DNA of 64,000 nt from Gammaproteobacteria bacterium (GCA_030037905.1 JASHPX010000117.1:108-64107), one strand, 5' to 3'. Positions 36,657-44,850 are shown, numbered from the stretch's first letter. The notes: generated by a model from the sequence alone, not told the origin. Numbers and translations are program-made.

Positions 36657-37000
36657 GGCATGCTCGTTGCGCAGAGCGCGCCAGGGGCGGTGCGCTGCTG
36701 GCCTGCCTGGCAGCCACGCTGCTGTTGCCGGGGTGCTCCCTGTTTCATCACAGGCAGCACAACGATGTCGGCTGTCGAAAGCCTTATTTCACCGGCAATG
36801 CACAGACTTTGGCGTCCCTGAAGGCTCCTCCGGGGCTGACTCTCCCCAATACCGCAGGGGGGGTCAAGATACCTACGCTCGACACGCCGGTGCCCGCACG
36901 GGCCCGCAGTGCGCCGTGCCTGTACTGGCCGCCCAACTACGTGCCGGAGTTGCCGACGCCGCCGATCCGTCGAACCGCGCCGGGCACGGCGGCGCAGTAG
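36653..37000 (+). CDS. Small lipoprotein in the BamC/NlpB position
   Basis: 115 aa from GTG 36653, which overlaps the dapA stop (GTGA). Lipobox LLLPGC. Pro-rich. It sits where bamC follows dapA in enterobacteria but is about one third of BamC length. Confidence 0.45.
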   Translation: MRHARCAERARGGALLACLAATLLLPGCSLFHHRQHNDVGCRKPYFTGNAQTLASLKAPPGLTLPNTAGGVKIPTLDTPVPARARSAPCLYWPPNYVPELPTPPIRRTAPGTAAQ

Positions 37001-37095
37001 AATCTGCCGCGGTCCAGGTGCGTGCAGCTGCGCGCGGACCCTGTGATAATTTGGATTCGCTAGTGTTTGTAAGACATTGAATGGAGAGGTAGAAC

Positions 37096-37187
37096 GGAGA
37101 GGTGGCCGAGCGGTCGAAGGCGCTGGACTGGAATTCCAGTAACATCTTCACGGGTGTTCGTGGGTTCGAATCCCACCCTCTCCGCCA
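37096..37187 (+). tRNA. tRNA-Ser (anticodon GGA)
   Basis: Hand-folded cloverleaf. Acceptor GGAGAGG/CCTCTCC, anticodon stem CTGGA/TCCAG with loop CTGGAAT, a long variable arm, T-arm GTGGG-TTCGAAT-CCCAC, discriminator G, and encoded CCA. Confidence 0.92.
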
Positions 37188-37191
37188 CCCG
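37168..37191 (+). repeat. Direct repeat, proximal copy (tRNA-Ser 3' end; att-like)
   Basis: gaatcccaccctctccgccacccg matches 43762-43785 at 23 of 24 positions in the same orientation. Confidence 0.85.
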
Positions 37192-37226
37192 CTCCAGGCG
37201 GTCAGGACCGATCGCTTGCAGGCCAC

Positions 37227-40088
37227 TTAAGGGATCGCTCCTGGGTCGGCCGGGACTGTCAACGTCTGCGGCGCGGCTTGCTTGATGCGACCCAACAACC
37301 ACGCGCGCTGGCGTTCGTTCCGGTTCTCGATCCTGGAGAGATCCCGCTCGAGATCGTGATCCCCCATTGCACGGGCACCCTGAAGGAGCGCGGCCACGCA
37401 AGCCGTGCTTTCATTCGTCATCAGCCACAGACGCTGAAGGTCGCGTAGCAATCCGAAGGGGGTTCGTGCCCGGCCGACGAGTGGTGTCCGGTCGAGCAGC
37501 TTCGATTCGCCGTCAGGCAGTTCGCCATGGGTCTTCACGTAGGGACGGATCGCGGTCGCGTTTTCGCGCGACCAGGTAATGAATAGCGCACTCTGCATGC
37601 CGACGTCCGGCGCGGTCGCGTGGCAGTCGCGCAGCTTCTCCCAGCCACGGACGAGGCGGTCCTCGCTGGTCAGCAACAGGCCAATGTAGTCGGCCAGATG
37701 CGTGCGGACTTCGTGTCTGCCCGCACGCTCCGCCGCGGCATCGTCGAGTTTGGACTCGTCCGGCTGCGCTAGCAGCGCGCCAGCCGCCTTCTGCAGCTTG
37801 ACGGCGGCGTATTTGAAATGCGGCTGCTTGCTGACAGGGTCCCACTCGTAGAGGGTGATCTCGTTGGCGGCGCGTGGCCGCCCCGGGTCGTCCCAGTAGC
37901 CATAGTGGAACGGCATGAACAGCGTGCCTGGCTCGATAGCGCCGATCCGCGCCGGCGCTTCTGCGACGCCGCGGCGGGAAGTGACGCGCAGCATCTCGCC
38001 TTCGGCGATGCCGAGACCGCGCGCATCGTCCTCGCTCACCTGGATGAAGGCGTCGGGTGCGGCGTCCCGCAGCGCCTTGGACCGTCCCGTCTTGGTGCGC
38101 GTGTGGAAGTGATAGACGACGCGCCCCGTGGTGAGGAAGAACGGATATTCCTCGTCCGGCTCCTCCGTCGGCGGGACATATTCGACCGGACGCAGCAAGG
38201 CGCGCCCGTTCGGTTCTCTCGCGCGATACTCCTCCGCCGTGATCGCCGCTCCCGTCAGCAGGTCGTGACCGTAGCTTTCACAGTAATTCGGATCGGTGTC
38301 GAAGGTGAGGTCGGTGTAATAGCGGACCGAGCCGTGCGGATGCTGCTCGTTAGCCGGCCAGGGGATGCCCGAACCCTCGCTCAGCTTCGCATAGGAGAGG
38401 CCGGAATAGTCGCACGGCCTGCCGCGCGAGCATTCGCGCCAGGCGTTGAATGCGCCTTCGGCGTCCGTCCACTTGATCAGCGCTGCACCGTCCTTATCGC
38501 GGAAATCCATGCGCCGGGCGAAATCGAGGAATATATCGAGGTCCGACCGCGCCTCTCCGGGCGGCTCGATCGCCTTGTGATTCAAATGCACGACACGGTT
38601 GACATTGGTCGAGCAGCCGGTCTTCTCGCCCCAGATCGCCGCAGGCAGCACCACATCGGCCATCTGCGTCGTCTCGGTCATGAACGCGTCCTGCGCGATC
38701 ACGAACACGTCCTGCCTGCGCAGAATCGCGCGCAACCGGTTCAGGTCCGAGAACGAGACCGCCGGGTTTGTTCCCACGACCCACAGCACCTTGATCGAGC
38801 CGGCCTCGGCATAATGAAAGATCTCCAGCGCATGGGTCGCCGCGCTCCAATTCGGCAAGGTAGCCGGCTCGACGTTCCACAGCTTCGCGAGCTCTTCGAT
38901 GTGGCGAGGGTTGGCGAAATTGCGAAAACCCGGCAGGTCACCGCCTGTCCCGGTTTCGCGGCTGTTCTGAGCGGTGGGCTGGCCGTTCATTTGCAGGATG
39001 GCGCAGCCGGGTCGGCCGATTCGGCCCAGCACCAGGTTGACATTGTTGACCTGCACGGCTGCTGCCGTGCCCTGGTTGGACTGGTAGACCCCTTGCAGGC
39101 AGGTGGTCAGCAGCATCCGGGAGCGGCCGATCATGGCCGCCGCCTGCCGGAGTTGCTCGGCGGGGATCTGCGCAATCTGGGCGACTCGTTCAGGCGTGTA
39201 GGAGGCGACGGTGCGGGCCAGATCGTCGAAGCCGATCGTATGAGTGTCGATGAAGGCGCGGTCGGCGAAACCCTGTTCGATCAGCTGCTGGATCAGGCCG
39301 TTCAGCACCGCGACATTGGTGCCGAGTCGCGGCGTGATATGCAGATCCGCCTCCGCCGCCGTCGCCGTGCGGCGCGGGTCGATCGCGATCATGCGTGATG
39401 GGGCGGTCGCACGCCGGCGGTCGAGTACCCGTGCCCACAGCACCGTCGCGGTCGCAGCCATGTCGTGACCGACCAGCAGAAAGCAATCCGTGACGTCGAT
39501 GTCTTCGTAGGCGCCCGGCTGACCGTCGGACCCGAATGTCTCCTTGAGCGCAGCGCCGGCCGTCGCCGTGCACAGGCGCGTGTTGCCGTCGACGTGCAGT
39601 GTGCCGATACCGGCTTTCGCGATGACACCGAGCGTATAGTTCCCCTCGGCGAACAACTGCCCGGAGGTGTAAAACCCGATGGAGCCGGCCGTATAGCGTT
39701 GCTTTGCGTCCTTCACGCGCCGGACGATCAGGTCCATCGCGTCGTCCCAGCTCGTGCGCTCGAGTCGGCCATGACGGCGGACGAGCGGGTAAGTCAGCCG
39801 GTCGGCGCTGGCATTGGCCTCCCAGCCGTGCAGGCCCTTGGGACCGAGGCGGCCGCGATTGACCACATCCACCTCCCGCCCGCGCACGCCGACGATGCGC
39901 CCACCCGGCCGATCATCTTTGACGCCGATATCGATTCCGCAACCGTTCGAGCACAGAAAGCAGCACGCCTGCACCCAGCGATCGGGTGGCTCGTCGAGGT
40001 TCTGATCCACCCGTACCGGCCAATGCCCGTCCAATGGCGGCGTGCGCGGTCCCCAGATGTCGGCGACACTGTCACGGCTGCTGGCCAC
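37227..40088 (-). CDS. Molybdopterin (bis-MGD) oxidoreductase, Nas/NarB-like catalytic subunit with an extra ~185-aa C-terminal domain
   Basis: 953 aa. GTG 40088 lies 1 nt after the encapsulin stop. N-terminal 4Fe-4S motif CCFLCSNGCG (CxxCxxxC). Mo-ligand context GNTRLCTATAGAAL...YEDIDVTDCFLLVGHD. C-terminal MopB barrel YPFFLTTGRVVYHFHTRTKTG. The residues after ...AAVKLQKA are unassigned. Confidence 0.75.
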   Translation of the reverse strand: MASSRDSVADIWGPRTPPLDGHWPVRVDQNLDEPPDRWVQACCFLCSNGCGIDIGVKDDRPGGRIVGVRGREVDVVNRGRLGPKGLHGWEANASADRLTYPLVRRHGRLERTSWDDAMDLIVRRVKDAKQRYTAGSIGFYTSGQLFAEGNYTLGVIAKAGIGTLHVDGNTRLCTATAGAALKETFGSDGQPGAYEDIDVTDCFLLVGHDMAATATVLWARVLDRRRATAPSRMIAIDPRRTATAAEADLHITPRLGTNVAVLNGLIQQLIEQGFADRAFIDTHTIGFDDLARTVASYTPERVAQIAQIPAEQLRQAAAMIGRSRMLLTTCLQGVYQSNQGTAAAVQVNNVNLVLGRIGRPGCAILQMNGQPTAQNSRETGTGGDLPGFRNFANPRHIEELAKLWNVEPATLPNWSAATHALEIFHYAEAGSIKVLWVVGTNPAVSFSDLNRLRAILRRQDVFVIAQDAFMTETTQMADVVLPAAIWGEKTGCSTNVNRVVHLNHKAIEPPGEARSDLDIFLDFARRMDFRDKDGAALIKWTDAEGAFNAWRECSRGRPCDYSGLSYAKLSEGSGIPWPANEQHPHGSVRYYTDLTFDTDPNYCESYGHDLLTGAAITAEEYRAREPNGRALLRPVEYVPPTEEPDEEYPFFLTTGRVVYHFHTRTKTGRSKALRDAAPDAFIQVSEDDARGLGIAEGEMLRVTSRRGVAEAPARIGAIEPGTLFMPFHYGYWDDPGRPRAANEITLYEWDPVSKQPHFKYAAVKLQKAAGALLAQPDESKLDDAAAERAGRHEVRTHLADYIGLLLTSEDRLVRGWEKLRDCHATAPDVGMQSALFITWSRENATAIRPYVKTHGELPDGESKLLDRTPLVGRARTPFGLLRDLQRLWLMTNESTACVAALLQGARAMGDHDLERDLSRIENRNERQRAWLLGRIKQAAPQTLTVPADPGAIP

Positions 40089-40089
40089 G

Positions 40090-40914
40090 TCATTCTCCCA
40101 TCGGCTGCTTTTTCTCGTCGGGGGAGAGCACGACAGCAGCCTCGCTCGTCAGCAGCCGGAACGTGAAGGTCTCCAGAAAGTACAGCTCGACGGCCGTGCT
40201 GGAATGGCTCGAATACCCGATGGAGATGTCCTGACCGATGTCCAGCTCGAAATCACCGCTGCGAGTCGTGAGCACGAATCCGCCCTCGATGGCGGGTGCC
40301 CAGATGATCCCTGCATCCACCTCGCGCTCGAGATGGTGAAAGACCGGGTAGCCTTCGTCGGTTCCCCCGCTCGCGGCGGTGTACGCGTCGGCCCCGAGCA
40401 CGAGCGCATACGGTCCATTGACGCCCGCCAGTCGCAATTGGCTGACCGCGTGCGCAACAGCGCCCGGATAGCCCCGGATATTGGCGGGGAGGGCGATCTT
40501 CGGATTGCTGCTGCCTGCACGGATGCCCTGAATTCCCGCAGCGATATAGCCGTCGAAGACGGCGCGATCTTCTGCGAAGGCAATCGTGCGTGCGGCTTGC
40601 TTCACCGGTGACCAGTCCGAGTCCGTGGCGCCTCGCCCGACATCGTCAATCGCCTGCCGTGCGAGCTCGAAGGGAACGCGCAGCTCGACGATCGCTTTCG
40701 CGTCGCGTTGAGCAGCCTGGATGCCGTCGCCGGGGGCCTGGATCGGATGAAGATGTCCGGTGCCCACAGCCGCCAGGTCCAGCCCTCTCGGGTCGGGCAC
40801 ATCGACGACCCGCCGCGCCGCCAAATGGCGCTTGAGGGTGCGGGAGGCCTCCTGCTCGATCTGAGCCCAGGCCTTGTCGGAGATGGGGGCGAGTTCCCGA
40901 TGGAGATTGTTCAT
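40090..40914 (-). CDS. Family-1 encapsulin shell protein (linocin M18-like, HK97 fold)
   Basis: 274 aa from ATG 40914, which overlaps the DyP stop (ATGA). The N-terminus MNNLHRELAPISDKAWAQIEQEASRTLKRHLAARRVVD is the characteristic encapsulin start. The 439-aa track ORF is an upstream extension into dyp. Confidence 0.85.
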   Translation of the reverse strand: MNNLHRELAPISDKAWAQIEQEASRTLKRHLAARRVVDVPDPRGLDLAAVGTGHLHPIQAPGDGIQAAQRDAKAIVELRVPFELARQAIDDVGRGATDSDWSPVKQAARTIAFAEDRAVFDGYIAAGIQGIRAGSSNPKIALPANIRGYPGAVAHAVSQLRLAGVNGPYALVLGADAYTAASGGTDEGYPVFHHLEREVDAGIIWAPAIEGGFVLTTRSGDFELDIGQDISIGYSSHSSTAVELYFLETFTFRLLTSEAAVVLSPDEKKQPMGE

Positions 40915-42089
40915 GTCTTGTCTCTTGGTCTGAGAGAACCGATACCGAGCGACCCGTCTGTGCAGAGCGGACGCGTTGACGGCCTGTCCGCCGCCGGTAG
41001 TGCGTGCGGCGTCTTCCCGCCATCGGGCGATGGAGATGGACTGTGCGTTGCGACGTGGTCGAGGAAGCCCGCCGTCGGCACGAAGAACAGCGTGCCCGTG
41101 ACGGCGTGGCTGAAATCGAGCAGGCGATCGTAGTTGCCCGGGGGCCGTCCGACAAACATGTTCTCCAGCATCTGCTCGATCCGGTGCGGCGAACGGGCGT
41201 AGCCGATGAAATAGGTGCCGAACTCGCCCTTGCCGATCTCCCCGAAGGGCATGTTGTCGCGCAGGATTTCGAGCTGCTGCCCGTCCTCGATGATCGTGGT
41301 CAGTGCGTTGTGCGCCGAGGCCGGTTTTACGGCGTCGTCCAGCTCGACATCGGAGAGCTTCTTTCGGCCGATGATTTTCTCCTGTTCCTCGATCGGCAAT
41401 GCATTCCATCGTGTCAGATCGTGCAGATACTTCTGCACGATCACATAGCTTCCGCCGGCGAATGCGGCATCTTCTTCTCCGATGATGGCGGCTCTGATGG
41501 CGGCCTCTTCCGCCGGATTCTCCGTGCCGTCCACGAAACCGATCAGGTCGCGGTCATCGAAGTAATTGAAACCGTGCACCTCGTCCGCCGTCGAGACCGC
41601 TCCAACCAGCCGCGACATGATCTGCGTCGCCAGTTCGAAGCACAGATCCATGCGTGCGGAGCGGATGTGAAACAGGATGTCTCCCGGCGTCGAGACCGCA
41701 TGGTGCACGCCGCGGATTTCACGGAAGGGGTGCAGGCCTGCGGGTTTGGGCGTACCGAAAAGTCTATCCCAGGCGTCGGAACCGAAAGCCATGACGCAGG
41801 AAAGCCGTCCCTCCAGGTCCCGGAAGCCCACCGTGCGCAGAAGTGCGGCCAGATCGCCACACAAGGCACGCACCGCGGCCTCACTACCGCCCCCGGCGTT
41901 GATCGTCACGATGAGGAAGATCGCCGCACGCGTGAGCTGTGCCACGACAGGTTGTGGGGCAACCGATGCCACACCGGCCGTGTTGCCGGCGCGCCCGGGC
42001 TCCCGGCCGTTGTCAGCGGCGGGATCTGCCGGCGAAGCCTGTCGGCCGGACGGGCAGCACGGGAGTGTGTTGGCGCGCAACGCTGGCAT
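40911..42089 (-). CDS. DyP-type peroxidase with a C-terminal encapsulin cargo-loading peptide
   Basis: DyP GxxDG motif GFVDGTENP, plus IFLIVTINAGG and FGTYFIGYARS. C-terminal ...DGSLGIGSLRPRDKT matches the SLGIGSL-type targeting peptide. The start is uncertain: ATG 42089 gives a ~40-aa N-terminal extension. Confidence 0.85.
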   Translation of the reverse strand: MPALRANTLPCCPSGRQASPADPAADNGREPGRAGNTAGVASVAPQPVVAQLTRAAIFLIVTINAGGGSEAAVRALCGDLAALLRTVGFRDLEGRLSCVMAFGSDAWDRLFGTPKPAGLHPFREIRGVHHAVSTPGDILFHIRSARMDLCFELATQIMSRLVGAVSTADEVHGFNYFDDRDLIGFVDGTENPAEEAAIRAAIIGEEDAAFAGGSYVIVQKYLHDLTRWNALPIEEQEKIIGRKKLSDVELDDAVKPASAHNALTTIIEDGQQLEILRDNMPFGEIGKGEFGTYFIGYARSPHRIEQMLENMFVGRPPGNYDRLLDFSHAVTGTLFFVPTAGFLDHVATHSPSPSPDGGKTPHALPAADRPSTRPLCTDGSLGIGSLRPRDKT

Positions 42090-42098
42090 CCGGGCGAA

Positions 42099-43259
42099 TC
42101 AGGTCAGCTTGTAGGATTGGGCGCCCGTGCCGGCGAGTGCCCCACCGGCAACGATGAGATATTCCTCGCGGATCGGGGTTGCGCCGAAATGGCTCTGCAG
42201 GATCTCCAGCGTGCCGGCCGCATAGCGTGCCTGCGCGGACAGCGAGCTGCCGGAGATATGCGGTGTCATGCCATTGAAAGGCATGGTTCGCCAGGGATGA
42301 TCCGCCGGTGCAGGCTGCGGGAACCACACGTCACCGGCGTAGCCGGCGATACGGCCGGACGCGAGAGCACGCACGACGGCGTCGCGCTCGAACAGCTTCC
42401 CGCGCGCCGTGTTGATGAGGTAGGCCCCGCGTTTCATCTTGGCGAACATTCTGTCGTCGAAGAAGTGTTCAGTCGAGGGGTAGAGCGGCATATGCACGTC
42501 GATGATATCGACGGCGCCCACGAGCGACTCCGCGTCGGGATGGAACGTCAGGTCCAGCTCCTTCTCGATCTGCGGGCTGAGCCGGTGCGGATCGCTATAG
42601 TGCAGGTGCAGATCGAAGGGTTTCAGGCGACGCAGCACTGCAAGACCGATCCTGCCGGCTCCGATTGCACCGAAGTGCATGCCTTCGATGTCGTAGCTGC
42701 GCGCCGCGCAGTCCGCGATGTTCCACCCACCATAGGTTGCGATCCCGTGTGATGGCAGGTAATTGCGCACCAGCGACAGCACCATCATCACGGCATGTTC
42801 TGCCACGCTGATGCTGTTGGAGCCGGTGACCTCGGCTACCGTGACGTGAGCGCGTGCGGCGGCGTCGAGATCGACATGATCGGAACCGATACCGGCGGTC
42901 ACGGCGAGTTTCAGCTTCTTCGCCTTCGCGATCCGCTCCTTGGTCAGGTATGCCGGCCAGAACGGTTGGGAGATGACTACTTCCGCGTCCGGCAGGTGCC
43001 TTTCGAACTCCGAGTTCGGGCCATCCTTATTGCTGGTCACGATCAGCTCGTGGCCAAGCTTCTCCAGGTAGCCGCGAAGGCCGAGCTCACCCGATACGCA
43101 TCCGACGAGCTCGCCCGGCTTGAATCCAAGGGGTCCCTTCGGGGTAGGCGCGGTTTGGCCGTTGGCGTAGCGGGTGATGGTCGGGATGTCGTCCCTGGGA
43201 TAGAGGGGTGGGTATCCCGTTTCCGGATCCGGATAAAGGACACACAGAATCTTCGCCAT
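42099..43259 (-). CDS. fdh: NAD+-dependent formate dehydrogenase (D-2-hydroxyacid dehydrogenase family)
   Basis: 386 aa from ATG 43259. Near-collinear with classical FDH: MAKILCVLYPDP...VISQPFWPAYLT...AGIGSDHVDL...SISVAEHAVMMVLSLVRNY...GAGRIGLAVLRRL...GDVWFPQPAP...GGALAGTG. Confidence 0.92.
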   Translation of the reverse strand: MAKILCVLYPDPETGYPPLYPRDDIPTITRYANGQTAPTPKGPLGFKPGELVGCVSGELGLRGYLEKLGHELIVTSNKDGPNSEFERHLPDAEVVISQPFWPAYLTKERIAKAKKLKLAVTAGIGSDHVDLDAAARAHVTVAEVTGSNSISVAEHAVMMVLSLVRNYLPSHGIATYGGWNIADCAARSYDIEGMHFGAIGAGRIGLAVLRRLKPFDLHLHYSDPHRLSPQIEKELDLTFHPDAESLVGAVDIIDVHMPLYPSTEHFFDDRMFAKMKRGAYLINTARGKLFERDAVVRALASGRIAGYAGDVWFPQPAPADHPWRTMPFNGMTPHISGSSLSAQARYAAGTLEILQSHFGATPIREEYLIVAGGALAGTGAQSYKLT

Positions 43260-43761
43260 AAGGGTTCGCAGCACAGAAGAAGCCGGATGGGCACTATACC
43301 CCGCTGCGTGACGAACAATCGCGGGCGAAGGGTGGCTGGTCAGCCTTGCGTACACACCTATGAGCTGTAGCTCCCCGGAGTTGCGAGCCTGTGAAGAAGC
43401 CGCCGCCGCGATTCCAATGCTAGTCGGCCGACTCCGAGTCGCCCGTAATGCCCGTATCGGCACTTCCGAGAACTACCGGTGTATACACTGCGAGGACCAG
43501 GCTCAGCCGCGCACTGTCGATGGCGAGATCGCCGACCCGTAGGCACGGAAATCTTCAAACCCGACACGGACAGGATGCCGGAGGTCCGTCAGCGGCTCAT
43601 GAAAGCTGCGACTGATGAAGCAAGCGCCCGAATAGGCGCGCGGCGGTGCAGCAGTGGCAGTAATGACGTCCGTGCGTAGTCGGATTTACGCACACGAGCG
43701 TCGGGAATATCGAGAAACGGCCGCAGGCCGGCCCCGAAGGGGCGAGGCGCGCAGCGCCGAT

Positions 43762-43785
43762 GAATCCCACTCTCTCCGCCACCCG
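43762..43785 (+). repeat. Direct repeat, distal copy (partial tRNA-Ser 3' end; att-like)
   Basis: gaatcccactctctccgccacccg has one C>T difference from 37168-37191. No tRNA body lies upstream of it. Confidence 0.85.
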
Positions 43786-44023
43786 TTGCTCCCAGTCGAG
43801 TTTGAGCTGGTCTTGAAGGTCCTGGACACATCCTGCCAGCTCAATCGCACCTGCGGCGGCGGACCACGCCGCGCTGGCGCGGGCATCTGCTCGCGAGTGC
43901 CTCGATCCGACTTATACTGGCGTGCACGGCCGGCGTGCGCGTACGGCCCCCGGATGGTCAGGACGGCCGAGACGGCCGGCGATAGCGTCGAGGCCGTGAG
44001 GCCGGATTGCGGGGAATACCTCG

Positions 44024-44773
44024 ATGAGAATGAGATATTTGCTGGCTGCGCTGCTCGTGGGGGCCGCCTGCGCGGGCGGCGCGATTGCGGCGCGTGCTCA
44101 GGGCGCAACCGGTCATGCTCATCCGGCCGCCTTCCCCAAGGGGCACTATGGAACCCTCGATTCCCTGCCGGATTGGGGTGGAGTGTGGGTACTCAATTTC
44201 ACACGCCCGGGAGCCGATGAGCAGCCTGCGCTCAAGGGCAAGTACCTGGCGGATTATCAGACGTGGGTGCAGCAGGTCAAAGCCACTCATGGCAATGTTC
44301 CCCACGAAGGCTCGTATTGCCTGGCACCCGGCATGCCGATCATGATGGGCGTGGGCCAATATCCGATCGAATTCCTGTTCACCCCGGGGCGGGTGACCAT
44401 CCACTTCGAGGCGTGGATGCAGTGGCGCAATATCTTCACCGATGGGCGCGGACATCCGGATGCGGATGATCTGGACCCGACGTTCTATGGCGATTCCATC
44501 GGGCATTGGGAGGGCGGCACGCTGGTGGTCGATACGGTCGGGATCAAGACCGTCACCCGTCTCTCCCAGGGAATGGAGCACAGCGACAAGCTACATCTCA
44601 TCGAGCACATTCACCTGGCGAAGAACGACCCTAACACGCTGGTCGATGAGATGACCATGGAAGATCCCGATGCGCTCGCGAAGCCATGGCACCTGGTGCA
44701 CACCTACCGGCGTTCTCGCGACATGAATCTGCTCGAGTTCATGTGCGAAGAGAACGACCGCACCATTCAGTGA
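44024..44773 (+). CDS. Secreted protein of unknown function (paralog 1)
   Basis: 249 aa with a signal peptide MRMRYLLAALLVGAACAGGAIAARA. It shares CxxPGMPxxM, G(D/E)SIGHWEG(G/H)TLVVDT and C-terminal Cys-containing blocks with 44936-45826. Confidence 0.6.
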   Translation: MRMRYLLAALLVGAACAGGAIAARAQGATGHAHPAAFPKGHYGTLDSLPDWGGVWVLNFTRPGADEQPALKGKYLADYQTWVQQVKATHGNVPHEGSYCLAPGMPIMMGVGQYPIEFLFTPGRVTIHFEAWMQWRNIFTDGRGHPDADDLDPTFYGDSIGHWEGGTLVVDTVGIKTVTRLSQGMEHSDKLHLIEHIHLAKNDPNTLVDEMTMEDPDALAKPWHLVHTYRRSRDMNLLEFMCEENDRTIQ

Positions 44774-44850
44774 TGCCGCAGACTGGAGCGGGGGAGCGGG
44801 TGCGCTGCCCGCGGGGGGCGCCTGAAGAACCCGGTGGCCGCGGAGGCGCC

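Noticed and set aside
37035-37050. An extended -10-like TGTGATAAT about 47 nt upstream of tRNA-Ser, considered as its promoter.
   Set aside because: It is plausible, but I found no matching -35 with confidence. It is left unannotated pending 5'-end data.
37060-37401. ORFs 36873-37226 and 37060-37401 (-), containing ...GWDSNPRTP... and ...RVGFEPTNT....
   Set aside because: These peptides are the typical antisense translation of a tRNA T-arm. The region is tRNA-Ser.
37227-43259. Selenocysteine (in-frame TGA) in the formate dehydrogenase or the molybdoenzyme.
   Set aside because: Both ORFs are uninterrupted. The fdh is the metal-free NAD-dependent type, and the molybdoenzyme has Cys at the expected ligand position (GNTRLC).
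43260-43761. I looked for an integrase or excisionase gene within the tRNA-Ser islet.
   Set aside because: Only short shadow ORFs are present (for example 43358-43567, 43479-43679, 43589-43831), with no tyrosine-recombinase motifs that I could recognise. A tblastn search is needed to exclude decayed fragments.
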